Source: Gemmatimonadota bacterium (GTDB lineage Bacteria; ARS69). From it: a stretch of DNA of 64,000 nt. The number at the start of each line of letters is the position of its first letter. Positions within the stretch are counted from its first letter, which is position 1. Positions 59,430-64,000 of the stretch are shown piece by piece. The notes below the pieces were generated by a model, which was not told the origin of the DNA, ran no database searches, and saw nothing but the letters and a program-made list of their open reading frames with translations. Position numbers and translations under genes: made by a program. The DNA lies in the NCBI GenBank assembly GCA_030747075.1, contig JASLLL010000013.1, positions 628 through 64,627 on the forward strand. The letters run 5' to 3'.

Positions 59430-61187
59430 ATGCAGGATGATTCCGCACGCCATGAGGGTCCGGAGGAGGTTCGCTCTCAGCGGGATCGGCTGCTGCGCGA
59501 GAACGAATCCCTCGGGCGAAGGATCGTGCACAACGATCTGGAGCGGAAGCGCACGGCCGATCAGGTCGCCCATCTCTTCCGGATTACGGCGGCAGTTCTG
59601 GCAGCGGGAGATCTGGAAGAACAGCTGGAACTCGTCGCGCACGGGATTGTGACGGCCTGCAACTACCGCCGCTGTCTCATCAACCTGTTTGATGATGAAG
59701 GCCGCGTGTGGAAGCGCGCCCACGCGGGGCTCGGGCAGGAGGAAGCCGCGGCACTGACCGAGGCACCGCTGCTCACTCCGGAAGAACGCGCACGCATTCT
59801 CGATGAGCGCCACCGCATCGGCAACTCGTACTTCGTGCCGCACGACTCCAGCCTCGCGCAGGACTTGGCGGACACCGGCGTCTCGTCTCGCCGGGCTGAA
59901 GATGAGTTCCTCGATTGGCACCCGGAGGACTTCCTCTTCGTCCCGCTCCATGGAATGGACGAGCGTCTTGTCGGTACGGTCTCCGTAGACGATCCGCAGG
60001 ACGGTCGCCGCCCGACTGCGGGAAGCTTGACGGTCCTGGAACTCTTCGCCCGGGAAGCGGCCTTCGCGATCGAACAGAGCACTCTGCTGCGGAAGCTGGA
60101 AGAGACCCGAAGCTACCTGAACAATGTAGTCGCCGGTTCCCGGGACGCCATTGTGACGACGGATGTCGAGGGTCGGATCGTGCTGTGGAATGCGGGCGCG
60201 GAACGGATGCTCGGCTGGAAGCAGGAAGAGATTTCCGGGAAGAGTGTTCTGACGGTTTATGAGGACGAGTCCAGTGCACGCGCCACGATGAAGGCGCTCC
60301 GAAGCGGACAGGATGAGGACGCCGCGGAGGTGAAAGAGACCATTCTCGTTTCGAAGGACGGGGATCGCATTCCCGTATCGCTGTCGGCGTCCGCGCTGTT
60401 GGACGAGACGGGGCGCTTCATCGGGACGGCGGGCATCTCGCGCGATCTGCGCCCGTGGAAGAAGCTGGAGAAGCGGCTTCTGGAAGCGGAAAAGGCGACC
60501 ACCATCCGCGAACTGGCTGCGAGTCTGTGCCATGAGACGAACAACTTCCTGGAGACGATCCTCTCGGCGGGGCAGGTCTCCCTCCTGACGCTGGACCGCG
60601 ACGAGATCTGCCGGATGTATGAGGCAGCGGGGAAGGAGAGTGAGTTGTCGGCAGAAGTGGATCGGCTGACGGTGATCTCCCAGGAAGCGCTGAAGATCGC
60701 CGCGCTGACGAACCGTCTGCAGCATGTCGCTCGCGGTGGAACCTATGAGACGGTCGAGTATATCCACGACATGAAGATGGCCGACCTCCCCGAGGGGCCG
60801 GGGCTCTCCGGGCGGATTCTTGTGGCGGATGACCGCGAGTACATCCGCCGGTTTCTGAAGGACTTTCTCGTGCTGGAAGGGTTCCAGGTGGATACCGCGG
60901 AAGATGGACGGGAGGCGGTGGAGATGGCGTGCGCTTCCCACTATGATGTGGTGCTCTCGGACATCAAGATGCCGCACCGAAACGGGTACGAGGTATTCGA
61001 GCAGGTGCGGGCGGAATCCCCCGATACGCGGGTCATCCTGATGACGGCCTACGGATACGACCCGACTCACTCCATCGCCCGTGCCTCGGACGAAGGGCTG
61101 GGTGCCGTGCTCTTCAAGCCCTTCCAGATGGCACGCGTCCGCGCGGTCATCACCGAGGCGCTCGCCGCGGGGAATGACGCTTCGTGA
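59430..61187 (+). CDS. GAF-PAS-DHp(HisKA-like)-receiver protein lacking HATPase_c domain
   Basis: GAF (VPLHGMDERLVGTVSVDD), PAS (IVTTDVEGRIVLWNAGAERMLGW), H-box LCHETNNFL, REC with LSDIKMP Asp; only about 80 aa between H-box and REC. Confidence 0.7.
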   Translation: MQDDSARHEGPEEVRSQRDRLLRENESLGRRIVHNDLERKRTADQVAHLFRITAAVLAAGDLEEQLELVAHGIVTACNYRRCLINLFDDEGRVWKRAHAGLGQEEAAALTEAPLLTPEERARILDERHRIGNSYFVPHDSSLAQDLADTGVSSRRAEDEFLDWHPEDFLFVPLHGMDERLVGTVSVDDPQDGRRPTAGSLTVLELFAREAAFAIEQSTLLRKLEETRSYLNNVVAGSRDAIVTTDVEGRIVLWNAGAERMLGWKQEEISGKSVLTVYEDESSARATMKALRSGQDEDAAEVKETILVSKDGDRIPVSLSASALLDETGRFIGTAGISRDLRPWKKLEKRLLEAEKATTIRELAASLCHETNNFLETILSAGQVSLLTLDRDEICRMYEAAGKESELSAEVDRLTVISQEALKIAALTNRLQHVARGGTYETVEYIHDMKMADLPEGPGLSGRILVADDREYIRRFLKDFLVLEGFQVDTAEDGREAVEMACASHYDVVLSDIKMPHRNGYEVFEQVRAESPDTRVILMTAYGYDPTHSIARASDEGLGAVLFKPFQMARVRAVITEALAAGNDAS

Positions 61188-63523
61188 GTTCCTCCCGCCC
61201 CCCCGTCGTTCGATTTGCCCGCCCCCCCGTCGTTCGATTTGCCGTCAAGTTCCGCGTGGAGCTTCTCTTCGCGCTCCTGATCGTGGTGCTCTTCCGAGAG
61301 TATCTCTTCGGCGGCGGGTTGCTTTACGGAACGGACTCGATCCCCGGCGGACTCTTCTTTCGAGGGTTTCTCGTGGAGTTCGTGCGTGAGTACCATGAAC
61401 TACCCCGATGGAACCCCTTTATCCTGGGCGGCCTCCCGTTTCTGGACGCGACACACGGAGACACTTTCTTCCCGAGTTCGGTGCTGCAGTTTCTCTTTCC
61501 CGTTCATCGCGGTATGGGCCACAAGCTCGTCCTGCATGTCTTCCTGGCCGGCGCGTTCATGGTGTTCTATCTGCGTTCACTGCGGATGCGCACGGCCGCG
61601 GCGGCCTTCGGCGGACTTGTGTACATGCTTTCGCCGATCCTCGTCAGCTATATCTTTGCCGGTCAGGACGGGAAGATCTATGTGACGAGCCTCGCGCCGC
61701 TGGTGTTCGGGCTGCTGGAGCGCGCGATGGCTCGAGGTGGCATGGTGCGCTTCCTGGGGCTCGGACTTGCGATTGGTGTGACCATTCTCTCCGCCCAGAT
61801 CCAGATGGCCTACCACTGCATGTGGGTGCTGGGTGCGCTCTTTGTGCTCCGTCTATTCCGCGGCAGTTCGGTGGCGGAGGCCTCGGCTCCCTCGAAAGGG
61901 CGTGCCTGCGCGGGGTTCGCCCTGGCGATTGTGGTGGGACTCCTGGTGGCTGCCGTGCAACTGCTTCCGGCGGTGTCCTATGTGAAGCACCCGGCCGGAT
62001 TCTCCGTGCGTTCGGAGAAGACCGATTACGAGCACGCGTCCTCGTGGTCGCTGCATCCGGAAGAAGTGGCGTCGATGATCGTGCCCGAGTTCTGCGATGC
62101 GCCGAATGGATACTGGGGGCGGAACCCGTTCAAGCTGAACTCCGACTATGCAGGAATCCTCACGCTGTATCTGGCGGTTCTGGCCATTGCGCGTCGTCGC
62201 GATGCCACGCGTCTCTTCCTTGCGGGGACGGCCGTCTTCGCGGTGGCGTACTCGCTGGGGGGACACACGCCGCTCCACCCTCTCTTCTATCGAGTGGTGC
62301 CGCAGGTGAAGTTGTTTCGCGCTCCGCCGCTTGTGATGTTCGCGGCGGCGTTCTCGCTGGCCGCGCTGTCGGCGCACGCGATACAGGATCTGCTGGAGCG
62401 GCCTGGCGACCGCCGCGCCCTTCGAACGAGCATGGCGTGGGGGGTGGGCGCAGCCGCGCTGATCGCGCTGGCGGGCGTGTTTGCGGAGGAGGTCGCGGGC
62501 CTCTGGAGCCGCTATGCCGGGGGAGACTGGACCGAAGAGAGAATGCGCGCTCTGGAGGCATCGCTGCCTGCTTTTCGTCGTGCGGCGCTTCTGGTCGCGG
62601 GGATTCTCGGGGCGGGCGCGGTGGCTGTGGGGCAGGCGGGGGGCGGGGGAAGCACCCGGAGACTTCTGCCATGGGTCCTGGGAGTTCTGGTGTTCGCGGA
62701 CCTGTGGAGAATAGACACGGACTTCATTCGCGTGGAAGACCCCGCAATCTGGACTGAACCGCAGGGCGTGGCGAAGCTCCTTGCGGAGGAATCCCGCAGC
62801 GAGAAGTTCCGTGTCATGCCGGTGGTCCCGGGGACCATGGCCAACGAACTGGGTTACCACGGGATTGAGTCTGCACTCGGGTTCCATGACAACGAGCTGG
62901 CATGGTATCGGGAGCTCCGTTCCGCGCCGGAAGCCGGGAACCTCCTCGCGCAGGTGGGGGAGTCCTTCCCGTTTCTGCGAGTACTCAACACGAAGTTCGT
63001 GCTGTTTGCGCCCGAGGGCGCGCCGAAACTCTGGCCGGTGTCGGATTCGCTGGGGCGTTTTCGCTTGGTGGAGGACTGGGAGGTCCTTGCGGACCAGAGA
63101 GCGGTCCCGGCGCGTTTGGCGGATCCCGAGTTTGACCCGGCGGTCACGGTGCTCCTGGAGGAGGAACCGGAGTTCGCGGGTCTTCCGACCGCTGCTCGCG
63201 GCGACACTTCCGGCCGGGTCACTCGCTATGAGTACCGGGGGAACGAGATCTTTGTGGATGTGTACGCGGAGAGGAACTCACTGCTCGTTCATTCGGAGAA
63301 CTGGTTTCCGTACTGGCACGCGTTCGAGGGGGACCGCGAGTTGCCTCTGCTTCGCGCGTACGGAACGGTCCGTGCCATTCCCATCACCCCGGGGACTCAC
63401 AAGATCCGCCTGGCGTTCCACTCCGCACCGTACGAAGCGGGCAAGTGGATCACGCTGGCGACGCTGTTCCTGACGGGTGTGGCTGCCGCGGCCACGGTCC
63501 GGCGCCGGGGTCGAAGCGCATGA
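61184..63523 (+). CDS. YfhO-family polytopic membrane protein (putative GT-C-like glycosyltransferase)
   Basis: Multi-TM N-region, long helical/periplasmic C-region typical of YfhO; start may lie downstream of the 24-nt duplication. Confidence 0.7.
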   Translation: MSSSRPPVVRFARPPVVRFAVKFRVELLFALLIVVLFREYLFGGGLLYGTDSIPGGLFFRGFLVEFVREYHELPRWNPFILGGLPFLDATHGDTFFPSSVLQFLFPVHRGMGHKLVLHVFLAGAFMVFYLRSLRMRTAAAAFGGLVYMLSPILVSYIFAGQDGKIYVTSLAPLVFGLLERAMARGGMVRFLGLGLAIGVTILSAQIQMAYHCMWVLGALFVLRLFRGSSVAEASAPSKGRACAGFALAIVVGLLVAAVQLLPAVSYVKHPAGFSVRSEKTDYEHASSWSLHPEEVASMIVPEFCDAPNGYWGRNPFKLNSDYAGILTLYLAVLAIARRRDATRLFLAGTAVFAVAYSLGGHTPLHPLFYRVVPQVKLFRAPPLVMFAAAFSLAALSAHAIQDLLERPGDRRALRTSMAWGVGAAALIALAGVFAEEVAGLWSRYAGGDWTEERMRALEASLPAFRRAALLVAGILGAGAVAVGQAGGGGSTRRLLPWVLGVLVFADLWRIDTDFIRVEDPAIWTEPQGVAKLLAEESRSEKFRVMPVVPGTMANELGYHGIESALGFHDNELAWYRELRSAPEAGNLLAQVGESFPFLRVLNTKFVLFAPEGAPKLWPVSDSLGRFRLVEDWEVLADQRAVPARLADPEFDPAVTVLLEEEPEFAGLPTAARGDTSGRVTRYEYRGNEIFVDVYAERNSLLVHSENWFPYWHAFEGDRELPLLRAYGTVRAIPITPGTHKIRLAFHSAPYEAGKWITLATLFLTGVAAAATVRRRGRSA
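61195..61242 (+). repeat. Perfect 24-nt tandem duplication (ccgcccccccgtcgttcgatttgc x2)
   Basis: Read directly; in-frame, encodes RPPVVRFA twice at N-terminus of YfhO ORF. Confidence 0.9.
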
Positions 63524-64000
63524 GGGCTTCCGGCATCATGGGGCGCCTCGTGCGCATTCTGGGTGTGGGGTTTGCCCTTGGGATCCTTGCGGCCACCGTG
63601 GTGTCCGCGTGGGGAGACCTGGCGTCGGAGAGCGTCTCCTTCGACCCGATCCGTGCGGCGCTTGCCGTCCTCCTGCTTGCCGCGATCTATCTGGGGACCG
63701 TAGAGGCGTGGCGGGCGCTGATGCGGCTTCTCGGGATTACTCTCGACTATCGGGATGTCATCCGGCTCTGGTCCTACTCCAATCTGGGCCGGTACCTGCC
63801 CGGGAAGGTCTGGACGGTCGTGGGGGTCGTGGTCCTCGCGGGGGATCTGGGAGTTCCGCCTGGCGTGGCAACGGCCCACGCGTTCCTGGGCGTGGGCTTC
63901 ATGATCGGGACGGGTGCGCTGGTTGGGCTTCTTCTGGTTCCGGAGTCCGTGACCTCATTCGGCCTTGCGGGAATGCTCATCCCGGTGGTCGCTCTGTCGT
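63520..64000 (+). CDS. 5' part of flippase-like/lysylphosphatidylglycerol-synthase-TM-domain (UPF0104) membrane protein
   Basis: Open frame to window end; multi-TM with YSNLGRYLPGKVW motif typical of LPG_synthase_TM family. Confidence 0.55.
   Translation, partial: MRASGIMGRLVRILGVGFALGILAATVVSAWGDLASESVSFDPIRAALAVLLLAAIYLGTVEAWRALMRLLGITLDYRDVIRLWSYSNLGRYLPGKVWTVVGVVVLAGDLGVPPGVATAHAFLGVGFMIGTGALVGLLLVPESVTSFGLAGMLIPVVALS

Overview
This is a high-GC (roughly 68-70% by eye) bacterial chromosomal segment with no visible compositional island. It is densely packed with housekeeping genes, almost all on the + strand. It also contains one large accessory locus for glycan/polysaccharide biosynthesis and export.

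Housekeeping blocks, in order:
- hflK-hflC and mnmA.
- A tRNA cluster (Ser-TGA, Ser-GCT, Arg-ACG).
- A secreted beta-helix protein, an AlkP-family lipoprotein and a GT-C/TPR membrane glycosyltransferase.
- tadA, then a second tRNA cluster (Ser-CGA, Ser-GGA, Ala-CGC).
- A probable unannotated SRP (4.5S) RNA immediately upstream of dnaX-ybaB-recR.
- pgsA-pgpA-cinA, then recA-recX-alaS.
- ispE-spoVG-tRNA-Gln-prs-rplY(ctc)-pth.
- hppA (H+-PPase).
- rpsF-ssb-rpsR-DUF2232-rplI.
- A PPIase, a DUF151 nuclease, an LpoA-like lipoprotein, an NSS transporter and a LivK-like lipoprotein.
- selA.
- A degenerate BY-kinase-like/SPOR protein, then smc, ftsY, a GAF-PAS-DHp-REC regulator and a YfhO-family protein.

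The accessory locus spans about 18.2-36.8 kb. It runs:
- cpsB-like PHP tyrosine phosphatase.
- rmlA and rmlD.
- wzm/wzt (ABC-transporter-dependent export).
- A ~1,060-aa sulfotransferase/coiled-coil/GT2/GT4 fusion enzyme.
- A thymidine-kinase-fold P-loop + Zn-ribbon domain fused to a SAM methyltransferase.
- Three glycosyltransferases on the minus strand, with ATGA translational coupling.
- A divergent GT4, then gmhA and a WbaP-like initiating phosphotransferase.
- An ArnE-like small membrane protein, udk and a UbiA-family (DPPR-synthase-like) prenyltransferase.

The most novel hypothesis is that the multidomain polymerase-like enzyme plus the kinase/methyltransferase fusion form a WbdA/WbdD-like chain-polymerising and chain-capping system built from unrelated folds. 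A second notable item is a pseudo-BY-kinase fused to a TM segment and a SPOR domain upstream of smc.

No CRISPR arrays, integrases or transposases are evident. The many long minus-strand ORFs are high-GC antisense artefacts.
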